Source: Octopus sinensis (lineage: Eukaryota). From it: a stretch of 64,000 nucleotides of DNA. Location of the stretch: NCBI RefSeq assembly GCF_006345805.1, contig NC_043023.1, positions 12,338,001 through 12,402,000 on the forward strand, read 5' to 3'. How positions within the stretch are numbered: position 1 is the first letter of the stretch; every line of letters starts with the position of its first letter. Position numbers and translations under genes: made by a program. Shown one piece after another: positions 25,992 to 41,900 of this stretch. The notes under the pieces were generated by a model, which searched no databases, had not been told where the DNA came from, and worked only from the letters and a program-made list of their open reading frames with translations.

Positions 25992-27364
25992 CAGTGACTC
26001 TAACAGTTATTAAAAGATAATTTTGTTTTAATAATTATACGTTTAGTTGTTTCATACACAAACTAACCGTGTTTTTCCTTTTAGATTAATTGTTAATCCT
26101 TATTTATCTCTCCAATGACTTCGGTATCACTCTAACTTCTCTCAATTTTCAATTTAATGTAATCCACACTCTCTTGAAAACGGGAAAGACAAAGTGAGAG
26201 AGAGTGAGTGACGACGTTCATAAAATATAAAATGTAAAATGTTTTAGTTTTTCTTAAACACGAGATATTGTGTTCAAATTCAGGATGGTTTTGAAAGACA
26301 CTATATTTTATAATCATAGTATATATACTTTCTCACACAACAATTACAATATATTTATTTTAAATCGTTCATCTTTCTCCCCCTCTCTCTCTCACACACA
26401 TTACTTTGGGTGCGAAAGAGTTTTGTTTTTATTTTACGCCCAGTAAAAAAGTGTTTTGTTGAGAGTCAATATTACTTAGTTTGACTTGAAATAAAGGCCG
26501 GGTTATACTGCTAGTGTAAAATAAAGTTTATTATAAACAACACAAACACTTTGTAATTTAATAGATTTCAATGTGATACCTGTTCAATAGAAATTATTTT
26601 TATTTATTAAAAATTTAATTAAATCCAATCAGGAGTAAGTGAAATTCTGCTGAATAAAAACTAAATTGAAAACATTTATCCCTGGCTGTCTCGGCAATAC
26701 TCAAAGGTTTGAGGTGAGAATTTTACATAAGTAGGACACTTTCTTTTAACAAATATCATCTCTGTCAATTACACGGGTGCACAAAGTACCTGGGTGTTTA
26801 CAGTGCTTGTGCATAGTCAAGTGATACCTTTTAGAAAATGATATCAGAATATGGCTTTTCTCTTGTATGTGTATGTTTGTGTTGAGTCAAGTCCAATAAG
26901 AGAATGATTTACTACATATTACAAAGACATGGATTTACTATGTGCCGGTGACACGTAAAAAACACCATTCAAGCGTGACCGTTACCAGCGTCCCCTTACT
27001 GGCACCTGCGCCGGTGGCATGTGTAAAAGATTCGAGCGAGGTCGTTGCCAGTGCCGCCTGACTGGCCCCATGCCAGTTGCACATAAAGGCACCCACTACA
27101 CTCTCAGAGTGGTTGGCGTTAGGAAGGGCATCCAGCTGTAGAATCTCTGCCAGATCAAGATTGAAGCCTGGTGCAGCCACCTGGTTCGCCAGCCCTCAGT
27201 CATTCGTGCAACCCATGCTAGCATGGAAAGCAGACGTTAAATGATGATGATGATGATGTGTATGTTTGTGTTGAGTCAAGTCCTATAAGAGAATGATTTA
27301 ACACAGATATTAGGATATTTCTTTTCTGCTGTATATGTATATATATACATGTATATATAAATAC

Positions 27365-27832
27365 AGATTGGTGAATGCAGTTGTCTTCCCAATAGCAACA
27401 TATGGATGCGAGACCTGGACACTAAAGAAAGCTGACCAGAAGAGAAATAATGCATTCGAGCTTTGGTGTTGGAGAAGACTTTTGCGGATTCCATGGACAG
27501 CGAGGCTCACCAATGGAGAAGTTCTTAAGCAGATCAGGCCGAAAATGTCGATAGAAGCTGGGATCACCAAGCATAGATTGGCATATTTCGGTCATATTAT
27601 GCGGAGAAGATCCCTGGAGAAGAACATCATGCTCGGAATGGTCAGTAGCAAGAGAGGTAGAGGCTGACCAAGAACCCACTGGCTTGACACCATCAAGAGT
27701 GATACCGGAAAGGACATAGCCAATCTGAAAGAAGCGGCCCAGGATAGAACTGACTGGAAAACACTGATTCATCGAGTAACCGAGAGTCGACTTCGACTGA
27801 GCGGATAGTGTGAGAGTATATGTATGTATGTG
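27365..27832 (+). mobile_element. RTE-clade LINE 3' fragment inserted antisense in a ZNF tail
   Basis: Translates PIATYGCETWTL...WRRLLRIPWT...YFGHIMRR...RGRG, the RTE/BovB-type ORF C-terminus. (TATG)-like tail. Confidence 0.9.
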
Positions 27833-27863
27833 TTGAATCAAGTTGCACCCATAAGAGAATGAT

Positions 27864-28330
27864 TTACCACATGTTACAAAGATACGGCTTTACTTTTGCA
27901 TGTGTATACTCGTGTTTAGTCAAGTTACACCTTTTAGAGAAGGACCTACCACAGATATCACGATCATGTGGCTTTTCTTCTGTATGAGTACGTTTATGTT
28001 GAGCCAAGGGACTCCTACACGAAAATGATTTGCCACAGATATCACAACGAAACGGCTCTTCTCCTGTATGTGTACGTTTGTGTTCAGTCAAGGTACTCCT
28101 TCCAGAGAATGATTTACCACAGATACGTTTATGATTAGTCAAACAACGATGTTCAGAAAAGGATTTACCACAGATGTCACAATAAGGCTTCTCTCCTGTA
28201 TGAACACGTTTGTGATGAGTTAAAATGCTATTTTGAGAGAATGATTTACCACAGATATCACAAGGATAAGGCTTTTCTCCTCTATGTGTGTATTTGTGAT
28301 GAGTCAAGTTACACCTTTGAGAGAATGATT
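27864..28330 (-). pseudogene. 5'-truncated ZNF paralog of the 49.7-kb gene, fused to the neighbour's 3' UTR
   Basis: Shares fingers QNSILTH, EHRCLTN, GRSTLTE, CRSPLAQ and KRCNLTK with 49954-51231. Sequence above 28330 is ZNF 3'-UTR. Confidence 0.85.
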
Positions 28331-28952
28331 CTGATATTTTATTCATTATTCTTTTGTAGCAAATTCTTAAAAATCCAAACGCAGGCATCTTTAGCAATCA
28401 AGTTAACTCAGAGTCAATATTTTTACAGATTATGACAGGTTTGACGTTCACACTGACGGTATTCAAATTGATGATGGGAAAAACCCTGAATGACAGCTGA
28501 CAAAACAGACTTCATTGTTGTAATGTTTTAATAAATCCTGGCATTGGTACAGTTACAATTGTTGTGAATACCCGGGTGGATGGATGTAGCTTTTTTCAAG
28601 AGAATGGTTTAGCACAGATGTCACTCTGACCTGGCTTCTCTTCTGTAGGAATGTATTCATTTACAGTTAAGTCTATGAGAGAAGGATTTACAATAGATTT
28701 CACCATGATGTAGATTTTGTGTGGTATGAAAATGTACATTCGCACGAGAATGATTTACCTCAGGTGTCACAATGATAACGGCTTCTCTCCAGCATTAATA
28801 TGTTTGTTACTAGTTAAATCACAATTTGCAGAGAATGATTTGTCACAGATATCACAGCGATATGGTTTTTCCCTCGTATGAATGTATCTGAAATTAGTTA
28901 TATGATAATTTTGAGAAAATGATTTATCACAGATATCACAATGGTATGGCTT

Positions 28953-30944
<1,992 letters not shown>

Positions 30945-32619
30945 TCTTCTGTGATCTTAATTAATATCTAAATCAGCAGGTGGAAATTGTCAATTCGTTT
31001 GTAAAGTTATCCAACATTAATTAACCTGTAAGGCAATCACTTCGTCTACATTCCAAACACTAAAGAGAAGAAAAAAATATTGTATTCATATAAATTTTGA
31101 TGTATTGATGAATGCTGCTGATAAATTATGTCATCTTGCTTTAGTTAATGAAACGACGTCAAAATATGAAAGGCACATCTGAATGAAGAAGTTTCTTGTG
31201 GGTCAACATAAGGTGATATTCTGAAATAGGAAAAGAAACATCAAGATAAAGAGAATAGTTAAATGATACACTAATTCAACGTTGCAAAATTTAACATTGT
31301 CATCTATTAAATGTTTTTAGGGGTCAGAATTCATTGAAAGAATGGCATAACGACATAAATGTGTTACACCCTAAATTCCTTTCCTCATACCTTTAAAAAA
31401 AATCAATGTTTAATATACCCAAAACGAGGAATCATATTTTCTCAACGTTGCTATGTTCTTAATTCTATGAGATTATTGTAACTTCGAAGGGTTCATATAG
31501 TTTTACAGCAAGGACCCGAATTCATGACTCAATTATTAGTCATCTTTCCTAGCATGCTTCTTTTATTATTTAAATTTACTATTTTATTTCTTAATAAGTG
31601 TATTAATGAATAATAATATATTAAATAAATTTAACGAACAAGGGAGACATGGATTCTGGTCAACCGTGTATTATTTAGAGGAAGAATCCTTTGCTTATCG
31701 GACAAAATGCTCAACAGCATCTCGTTCTTCTATAGTTTTGTTAAGCGGCATTTAATCGTTTTTCAGTCTCAGACTCGTCAAGATTCTTTTGTTAGTTTCA
31801 GTGAGCACGAGAGCACGTGTTGTCAGCCCTAAATTAATGAAATATCATCAGTAATACGGCTTATTTGACATCGATCTCGTTTTCTTCTTAGAAATTTACA
31901 TACACAAATGAAGCAGGTAAGAAGGAACCCTAGCTGCATACACACACATGCATGTGCTATAACGAAAGGGGGACCAACGAATGAACCTTCACAAAAGGAT
32001 GTTTAGCATAGAAGTTCCTGAGGAAAAATTGAATTTGTTATTTCAAAGGGATTATATTTTCCTCAAACTTACGAGGGAAAAACATCGGATTTTCCAAAGT
32101 CCTCTCCTGACCCCATCGCAAAACATTTCCCCCACAAATTACTTTATAATCGTGACCTATACCGTTTGAAACGTATTTATATAAAATTTCGTTTACAAAA
32201 AAAAGCCTATTTTCCTCAAAGTGACGAGGGAAAACCTTCGGATCTTGTCAATTTTCTGAAGGCCTCTCACCCTCATTGCTTTCTGCACATTTTTCTCTTC
32301 AGATCCCTTTTCTACCCCTTTTTCTTTTCTACCCGTTGCACTATTTCTTTTTCTCGATTTCCTCTCCGGGTAACAACGTCAACCTTACCCTTAAAATTTC
32401 CTTTATACCCCATGTAACAGTGGATTCTAGGTTCCCATAAACCACAGATCAACATTTCAGTTTGGAAGTTCTTCAGACCAACAAATCTATTTTCCTAATT
32501 GTTGTCAGGTTCCCCTTTCCAACTAATTACTCCAACATCCAGAGAAGTTCACAGAAATCTATTATCTTCCATTATCATTAGTAGTATTATTATCATGATT
32601 ACAGCCTTAAAGGAAATCT

Positions 32620-32770
32620 TGATCAACTTACCCGATCCAGATATAAACAACGAGTCAGCGATCAGTAATTAATCAACGTAATTAAGAATTTAATTGGCGC
32701 GAAGATCAAGTGCTGCTGGAGTTGTTTCCCCTTACATAATTATATTACATGACTTCTATAGATGGCGCTA
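32620..32770 (-). promoter_or_regulatory. CTCF-like motif plus first-exon donor cassette
   Basis: TCTATAGATGGCGCT at 32755-32769; ACTTAC (GTAAGT on minus) at 32626-32631. Confidence 0.5.
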
Positions 32771-34536
32771 CTCACTGGGGTCAATTTTGATTCTTTCACC
32801 CGCAAAATTTTCAATGAGAAAAAAAAAGAATCACGGGTTTTTTACAGGGTATCAAATATCCTGACCCTTAATATGCTGCAAACCTTTGATTTTCGTTCAG
32901 AAAAAGGGTTGGGTGAGAAGCTACACCCCATCCCGGAATCACTTGAATTTTTTTCTTTTTATTGAATGAATTCTGGTGACCTCATATTATTCCACAAAAC
33001 CCCTTTCTTTGTGGTTCGGAAGACGGGATGGGGTCTGGTGGAAGCCTCAGAAATGTCAGCCAACCCGCCACACCAATATTTTTCGCTGTTTCTTTCTCTA
33101 CCCATTTTTTTTAGATAACATTTGGCAGAAATGTTTTCAAGAGAGTGTGGATTACATTAAATTGAAAATTGAAAGAAGTTTGAAATAAATAAGTGAAAAA
33201 TGCAGAACTTATAGAAGTTCGAGTGGTACCGAAGTCAGTGGAGAGATAAATAAGGATAAATCATTAATCTAAAGAGAAATGCACGTTAGTTTGTGTATGA
33301 AACAACTGAACGTATAATATAAAAATACACATGTAAACACATATATATAATATATATAGATATATAAATCAGTAGGAGACTTAGTATCGGCCCTTGCCTT
33401 TCCCTTGGATAACACTGGTGACGTGGAGAGGAGAGGCTGGTATGCATGGGCGACTGCTGGTCTTCCATAAAGACAACCTTGCCCAGACTTGTGCCGCAGA
33501 GGGGAACTCTCAAAGTGCAAGCCCATGGTCAGTGTCTGACCGAAGGGGGTCTCACACACACAGACTAGACTTACAAAAGACTAGGTCTTGGGACTGATTT
33601 CTGCCACTAACACCCTTGAAGGTGGTACTCCAGCATGGCCTCAGTCAAATGACTGAAACAAGTAAAAGACTATGGAAACAAGGCATTTGAATAACACAGT
33701 TAATAGCAGCCCTTTAACAGTGTGTAAGGACATGTAACATCAGCATCAAAAGGGTCACCAAGTCCCCAGGTGACAAAAAAATCCCACAACAGGGAGGTGG
33801 GCAGTTAGTATTGAACGGGTGTGCCATTGTGCCAGTTGAGAGATTTAAGGTATAGAGGAGACAGTGTCCAGATATTGAGTAACAAAACAAACACAAAATG
33901 GTCTAACTTTTATTCTGATTTTTTATTCATTATTCTTTTCTAGCAAATTCCTCAAAATCCAAACACAGGCATTTTTAGCAATCAAGTTAACTCAGAGTCA
34001 ATATTTTCACAGATTATGACAGGTTTGAGGTTCACACTGATGGTATTCAAATTGATGATGGGAAAAACCCTGAATGACAGCTGACAAAACAGACTTCATT
34101 GTTGTAATGTTTTAATAAATTCTGGCATTGGTACAGTTACAATTGTTGTGAATACCCAGGTGGATGGATGTAGCTTTTTTCAAGAGAATGGTTTAGCACA
34201 GATGTCACTCTGACCTGGCTTCTCTCCTGTAGGAATGTATTCATTTACAGTTAAGTCTATGAGAGAAGGATTTACAATAGATTTGACCATGATGTAGATT
34301 TTGTGTGGTATGAAAATGTACATTCGCAAGAGAATGATTTACCTCAGGTGTCACAATGATAACGGCTTTTCTCCAGCATGAATACGTTTGTTACTAGTTA
34401 AATCACAATTTGCAGAGAATGATTTATCACAGATATCACAGTGACATGGTTTTTCCCTCGTATGAATGTATCTGAAATTCGTTAAATGATAATTTTGAGA
34501 AAATGATTCATCACAGATATCACAATGGTATGGCTT

Positions 34537-35082
34537 TTATCCTGTATGTGTATATTCATGCCGAGTCAAGCTACTCCTACGCGAGAATGATTTATCACAG
34601 ATATCACAATTATATAGCTTTTTTCCTGTATGTGTACGTTTGTGTCTAGTCAAAATACTCCTATGCGAAAATGATTTATCACAGATATTACAATGATAAG
34701 GCTTTTCTCCCGTATGTGTGCGTTTGTGTTCAGTCAAGGTACCTCTTTGAGAGAATGATTTACCACAGATATCACAATGATATGGCTTTTCTCCTGTATG
34801 TGTATATTTGTGATGAGTCAAGCTATTCCTTTGAGAGAATGATTTACCACAGATATCACAATGATAAGGCCTTTCTCCCGTATGTGTGCGTTTTTGTTCA
34901 GTCAAGGTACCTCTTTGAGAGAATGATTTACCACAGATATCACAATGATATGGCTTTTCTCCAGTATGGATACGTCTGTGACTAGTCAACTGACTATTAT
35001 AAGCGAATGATTTACCACAGATATCACAGAAACATTGCTTCACTCTTGTATCTGGGTCTTTTGGTTTAATTGAATTATTCAT
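34537..35082 (-). CDS. C2H2 zinc-finger protein, 6 fingers (one His->Gln)
   Basis: ORF 34537-35112; [11 protein letters not shown] at ~35082; acceptor at 35487-35488. Confidence 0.8.
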   Translation of the reverse strand: MNNSIKPKDPDTRVKQCFCDICGKSFAYNSQLTSHRRIHTGEKPYHCDICGKSFSQRGTLTEQKRTHTGERPYHCDICGKSFSQRNSLTHHKYTHTGEKPYHCDICGKSFSQRGTLTEHKRTHTGEKPYHCNICDKSFSHRSILTRHKRTHTGKKLYNCDICDKSFSRRSSLTRHEYTHTG

Positions 35083-36177
35083 TATGACAGAATAATTTAT
35101 TATACATATCACAATAATAATGTTTCCTTCATCTCTATAAACATCTTTGACTTCAGTTCTGCAACTTTTTCCAGAAAAGAATTTGAAGCTGTGTTTCTTT
35201 CTTCTGTGATCTTAATTAATATCTAAAGCAGCAGGTGGAAATTGTCAACTCGTTTGTAAAGGTATCCAACCTTAATTAACCTGTAAGGCAATCACTTCAT
35301 CTACATTACAAACAGTGAAGACAAGAAAAATATTGTATTCTTAGATTGTATTCATATAAATTTTGATGTATTGATGAATGCTGCTGATAAATTACGTCAT
35401 CTTGCTTAGGTTGATGAAACGACGTCAAAATATGAAAGGCACATCTGAATGAAGAAGTTTCTTGTGGGTCAACATAAGGTGATATTCTGAAATAGGAAAA
35501 GAAACATCAAGATAAAGAGAATAGTTAAATGATACACTAATTCAACGTTGCAAAATTTAACATTGTCATCCATTAAATGTTTCTAGGGGTCAGAGTTCCT
35601 TGGGGCATTGAAAGACTGGCATAATGACATAAATGTGTTATACCCTAAATTTGTTTTCCCAGGCCAAGCAAAAGAAAATCAATTACATTGACAAAATATG
35701 ATTCACAGTCTATAAGATTACTGTAAATTCAAAGGGTTCATATAATTTTACAGGGTGGACTAGAAATTATGAAGGAATCTCGACAAGTCAGTGAGAATTC
35801 TAAACAATTCCAAGCCTGTTAAGCTATACAAGAGTGTGTCCGTGTATTGTTTATTTCGCTTCCATCAGTCAGAAACGGTGAAAGAGGGTTCGAACAGACA
35901 TTTTAGTCTCCAGACTCCTTTCCTGCCTGACCAGAAGTCCCTTCCTTGTGGACCAAGTTGCTAACCAGGCCACACAAAAGGCCCTGTCTGTAGTTCGTGT
36001 ATTTTGAGTCCATGGGTAAGGCCCTGTACATCTTTACTTTCAAAGCACAAACTCTTTTCAGGTCGACTTTGTCTTGCATCCTTTCCAGGTAAACAGAATA
36101 AGGTTCTTCTTTAGAAATGCATCTCTCCAAGAAAAGGAAATGCAAATGAAAAACTGATGTAAAAATGGGAAAAAGGG

Positions 36178-36527
36178 ATTCCTTTGATATGCCTTGATGA
36201 AATGAAAAACGTCAAACAGTTTTACTGTTTCTGTGAAAAGCATGCGGTCAAGTGTCATAAAATGGGAGGAAGAGACGAAAGACCATGGGTTGTATGTGCG
36301 TGCGTGCTTGTTCCTGTGTGTGTGCATGCGTGTTTATTCTTGTCACACACAGAAAGAAGCAGACAAGCACACACAGACAAGAACCGCACACACACAGAGG
36401 AACTAGCATGCACGCAGGCGTGTGCAACCCTTTAGCTTTCTTCTCCTCTTCCCATTTCATGACAGTGATCCACGTGCTTTTCAGTCGAATTGATGTTTTG
36501 ATTTCGTCAAGTCATATTGAAGGAATG
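36178..36527. mobile_element. Old diverged palindromic (foldback/MITE) element
   Basis: ATTCCTTTGATATGCCTTGATGAAAT... is mirrored imperfectly by ...ATTTCGTCAAGTCATATTGAAGGAAT. Confidence 0.55.
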
Positions 36528-36544
36528 CCAAAAAATTAAACATA

Positions 36545-36912
36545 GGCGCAGGAGTGGCTGTGTGGTAAGTAGCTTAGTTACCAACCACATGGCTCCGGGT
36601 TCAGTCCCACTGTATGGCACCTTGGGCAAGTGTCTTCTACTATCCTGTTAGTGGATTTGGTAGATGGAAACTGAAAGAAGCCCGTCGTATGCATGTATAT
36701 GTGTGCGTGTGTCTTTGTTTGTCCCCCTAGCATTGCTTGACAACCGATGCTGGTGTGTTTATGTCCCCATTAGTTAGCGGTTCGGCAAAAGAGATCGATA
36801 GAATAAGTACTGGGCTTACAAAAGAATAAGTCTTGGGGTCGAGTTGCTCGATTAAAGGTGGTGCTCCAGCATGGCCGCAGTCATATGACTGAAACAAGTA
36901 AAAGAGTAAAAG
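36545..36912 (+). mobile_element. SINE family A
   Basis: Same head and tail as 1988. Confidence 0.9.
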
Positions 36913-38105
36913 AGACGGAAAGCGGGCACTCTCGAAAATAAACAAACACGTCAGACGATACAAGGGGTAGTAATTTACTTTTATTTTATTATTTATGCAC
37001 CCTATTTAAGCCTAACCAGGTTCATGGGCCCGGTTTCCTGATTCCTGTGGCATATGTGTTCCACCCAGCTAGACAGGATGCCAGTCCATCGCAGCGTTAC
37101 TCAAGAAACAGGAAGAGAGAGCGAGAGAAAGTTGGAGTGAAAGGGTATAACAGGGGTCGCCACCACCCCCTGCCGGAGCCTTGTGGAGCTTTAGATGTTT
37201 TCGCTCAATAAACACACACAACGCCCGTTCTGGGAATCGAAACCGCAATCCTCCGACCGCAAGTCTGCTGCCTTGACTGCTGGGCCATTGCGCCTCCACA
37301 ATTTTCGGCATAACTTCGGTATAGGTACCGGAAGTACCAGATACATTTCAAAAAAGTGATTTTTTCTATATATGGGGATTAGGGTTAGGGTTTGTGTTAG
37401 GGTTAAAGATGGAAGAAAAGGGTTTCTGCTATCTTCAGAAATGTAAACAAAGCCACTTCCGGTACGTACGGTACCTATACCAAAGGATCGCCCAATTTCT
37501 TTTACCTGACCGACAATATTTGTTTACAAATTCTTTACTGTTTTTCATGAGATTTTTTTACTGTGCATACTCGTGGGCATTAGGCTTAGGTTTAGTTTTA
37601 GGGTTAGATTAGTTTTAGGTTAAGGTTAGGGTTAGTTGTAGGGTTAGCATTAGGTTTAGGTGGTGTACACTCGCTTTACCTTCGTCCATTCTATGATGTG
37701 TTGATATACGGCACAAATAATTATAACACAATACAGTAAATATGTTTAAGACGTATGCAAGGTTTGTAATCTTTATTTTTGTTTACAGTTTACAGAGAAA
37801 ATAAATTAAACAACATATAACTCAGGGGCTATGTGGTCCCAAAAGCTGAAAAATGTCCAAATTACTGACTCCACATTTATTGAATTTCAAGAAACAGCTT
37901 GTGAATCAGTCTTACAATTCGCAGACGACATTGTAGGGTTCCTCCCCTTGGGCCACCCCACATATTTATGTTCCCAAGAGCCCCTCTCCCGATTGTTTTA
38001 CTTTTTAGTATGAACTATTTAAAAACAGATGAATCTTCCTAATTTTTTCCATACTTCATTTCTTTTGTATATATTTTCTATTTGTACGTTTCTTTAAAAA
38101 TTAAG

Positions 38106-38508
38106 GGCGATCTTTCGTCTCTAGTAGACCTTTCCGCCGATTTCCGTAAAAAACATTTTTTTGTACATATGGGCTTGCGGGAACTTTTGAAGTAATGAGA
38201 GCGAAAGACAGTTATCTCTCTCTTTCACACATTACTCTCTCTGTCTCTTCACACACACTAACAGAAGCACTTCACTTACACAACATACTGTCTGTCTCCC
38301 ACACCCCATCAAACACACACACACACACATGTACATCAATGCTTCCCATGCACGGTAACTTCAAAAGAACTTCCCTCGTCATAAAATCGCTTTCTCTTAG
38401 TCTCTTTCGCTCTCACTACTTCAAAAGTTCCCGCAAGCCCATATGTAAAAATAAAAGAAGTTTTTTACGGAAATCGACGGAAAGGTCTACTAGAGACGAA
38501 AGATCGCC
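38106..38508. mobile_element. GGCGATC-TIR MITE with perfect 8-bp TSD (AAATTAAG)
   Basis: AAATTAAG|GGCGATC...GATCGCC|AAATTAAG. Confidence 0.9.
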
Positions 38509-38996
38509 AAATTAAGCGTTATTTTCTAAAGGAGTGCCCAAAATAAGTAACAGTACAGCACTGAGGTCCACCGAATCGATCTCCGCCCTCCCGCTAAATT
38601 TTAGCCCTTGTGTCTCAAGTACAAGAGATCATTATCAACATCATCATCATTACTTTATGCAACCCGAAAAAGAAGTCCAGGTCTCAGTGGAAATAGGGCC
38701 GAGGTCGTATTTGCCTTTCATCCTTTTCGAGAAATACTGGGTTCCAGGTATTCGACTTCAGGTTCGCATAAAAGACTTCTGGCCCCGGGGCCAAAATGTG
38801 AAACCATCATCATCATTATCAAAATAACCTTAAAGTAAATCTTCGTCAACTTAATGCTTTATCAATGCCTCATTAACAACGGGACAACGTTAATTAATGT
38901 GGTTTCTTCAATCGGTTTCCTCTCATTTTACTAATTAATTAAGCCGCTTTACCCTCATTTTACCAATTAATTTCCTTTATATGACATGAAACACTT

Positions 38997-41900
38997 AATA
39001 TAATATATATAAGGTATAATAATCCCAGATTGCAGAATAAATTTGAAACGCTAAAGCAGTTTCCCTTTGCAATTTCTGGCGAGGAAATCACGTGTCTTCT
39101 TTGTGTCGAGTGAGTGAGAGAGAGAGACAGCGAATGGTTGGCAAATTTCACCCTAAACTTTCAATGTCATAACAATATATCATATATAGTATCATCATCA
39201 TTTAACACCTGCTTTCCATGGGTTGGACGGTTTGACTGAGGACTGCCAACTCACGAAGATGAACCAGGCTGCAATCAGTTCTTGGAAGCTGGATGCCCTT
39301 CCTAACACCAAACACTTCAAGAATGTAGTGGTTGCTGAAAACCTTGTATATTTAGAAGTTCTACAGAATTAAACTGTGATTGCTTCCAAAATTTGTTTTC
39401 CTGATATTGTTTATACACATGTCATCTGATAGAATTGTTCTGAAAATGTATTTTTTTATCGGAATAAATACGTTCATTTCCTTTAACAATTTTGTTACCA
39501 TAATTAGAAGATTCAAGCGAGGTCGTTGCCAGTTCCGCCTGACTGGCCCCGTGCCAGTTGCATGTAAAAGCACCCACTACACTCTCGGAGTGGTTGGCGT
39601 TAGGAAGGGCATCCAGCTGTAGAAACTCTGCCAGATCAAGACTGAAGCCTGGTGCAGCCATTTGGTTCGCCAGCCCTCAGTCATTCGTCCAACCCATGCT
39701 AGCATGGAAAGCAAACGTTAAATGATGATGATGATGATATATAATGATGATATATAATGTAAAAAGCAACCCATGATATATAATGATGATATATAATGTA
39801 AAAAGCACCCACTACATTCTCAGAATGGTTGGCATTAGGAAGGGCATCCAGCTGTAGAAACTCTGCCATATCAAGACATTTGGTGCAGCCATTTGGTTCG
39901 CCAGCCCTCAGTCATTCGTCCAACCCATGCTAGCATGGAAAGCAGACGTTAAACGATGATGAATTCTGTTGAGAGGCTCTGTGTTTCTTTCAATTAATTT
40001 TAAATATAACAAACAGCTTCATAAAATAACTTGGTGGTTATCATTAACCTGGTGTTGGAACATAAGTTGTGACTAAAGTTTGACGAAAAATTTTAAATCA
40101 GAACTCATTAAAACAAGACATTTATTTGTACTACAGAGTTTGAGGGGGTGCCTGCCAGCTGGGTTGGTGTCAAAAGGCGGTGAGCTGGCAGAAACGTTAG
40201 CACGCCGGGTAAAATGCGTAGCCGTTACATTCTGAGTTCAAATTCCGCCGAGATCGACTTTGCCTTTCATCCTTTCGGGGTCGATTAAATAAGTACCAGT
40301 TACGCACTGGTGTCGATATAATCGACTTAATTCGTGTGTCTGCCCCCTCTGTGTTTAGTAAAGAAATAGGTATCAAAAGGGTTAACATTCCTTTAAATTC
40401 CGGGCAACGCCGGGTACTTAGGCTACTATATATGTGTGTTTGTATGCATGTATATATGTGGGTATGTGTATAAATGTGTGTATCTGTTTTTTCCCTCAGC
40501 CATCGCTTAACAACTGGTATTGGTGTGTTTATGTCCCTGTCTTGGGGTCGATTTCTTATTTCTTTATCGCCCACAAAGAGGTAAACACAGAGAGGACAAA
40601 CAGGGACATGGATTAAGTCGACTACACCAACCCCAGTGAGTAACTGGTACTTTATTTATCGACTCCAATAGGATGTAAGGCAAAGTCGACCTCGGTGGAA
40701 TTTGAACTCAGAACGTAACACCAGATGAAATACATTTCCCCGGTGTGCTGACGTTTTTGCCAGCTCAACTCAACCTTAGGCTACTACATATATATATATA
40801 TATAAATCATCATCATCATCATCATTGTTTTGCATCCGCTTTCCATGCTCGCATGGGTTGGACAGTTCAACTGGGGTCTTGGAAACCAGAAGGCTGTGCT
40901 GGGCCCAGTCTGATCAGGCAGTGTTTCTACGTCTGGATGCCCTTCCTAATGCCAACCACTCCGTGAGTGTAGTGGCTGCCTTTTACATGCCACCTGCACA
41001 GGTGCCAGACGAGGCTGGCAACCGGCCTTTGTCAGATGCTGCCTTTTACATACCACCGGCACAGGGGCTAGACGAGGCTGGCAATGGCCACAATCGGATG
41101 GTGCATTTTACGTGCCACCGGCACGGAGGCCAGTCGAGTCGTCGCTGGCAACGGCCACGTTCGGATCGTTCTCTTACGTGCCATTGGCACTGGTATCACA
41201 GCTACAATTTCCATTGATGTTGATCGATTTCGATTTTGATTTTCACTTGCCTCAACAGGTCGTCACAAGTAGGGTTTGTGTCACAAGAAGGAAAGGTATG
41301 CATAAGTGGGCTGGCTACGTCCCAGGTAGAAGACACCAGAATGTATATCTATATGTATTTGGGTATGTGTCTGTGTCTTTTTTTTTCACCTGCCACGGGC
41401 TTAACCATTGGTACTGGTGTGATTATCTCACAGTAACTACGGATTAGTAAAAGTCACCAATAAAATTAGTACTAGACTTACAAAGACTAAGTCTTGAGGT
41501 CGATTTCTTCCACTAACACCCTTGAAGAAGGTGCTCCAGCATGGCCTCAGTCAAATGATTGAAACACATCAAAGAATAAAAGATTACACATAAATTTCAG
41601 GAGCAAATAGAAACAAGGCATTTGAATAACAAGACCACCCCCGTAGAGTTGGGGATTCCAGACCTGTACTTTAACAGTGTGTAAGGACATGTAGCATCAG
41701 CATCAAAAGGGTCACCAAGTCCCCAGGTGACAAAAAATCCCACAACAGGGAGGTGGCCAGTTAGTATTGAACGGGTGTGCCATTGTGCCAGTCGAGAGAT
41801 TTAAGGTATAGAGGAGACAGTGTCCAGATATTGAGTAACAAAACAAACACAAAATGGTCTAACTTTATTCTGATTTTTTATTCATTATTCTTTTCTAGCA

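Noticed and set aside
37575-37665. Telomere-like TTAGGG/TTAGGT tracts
   Set aside because: Short, degenerate and typical of MITE interiors in this window; not a telomere or fusion site.
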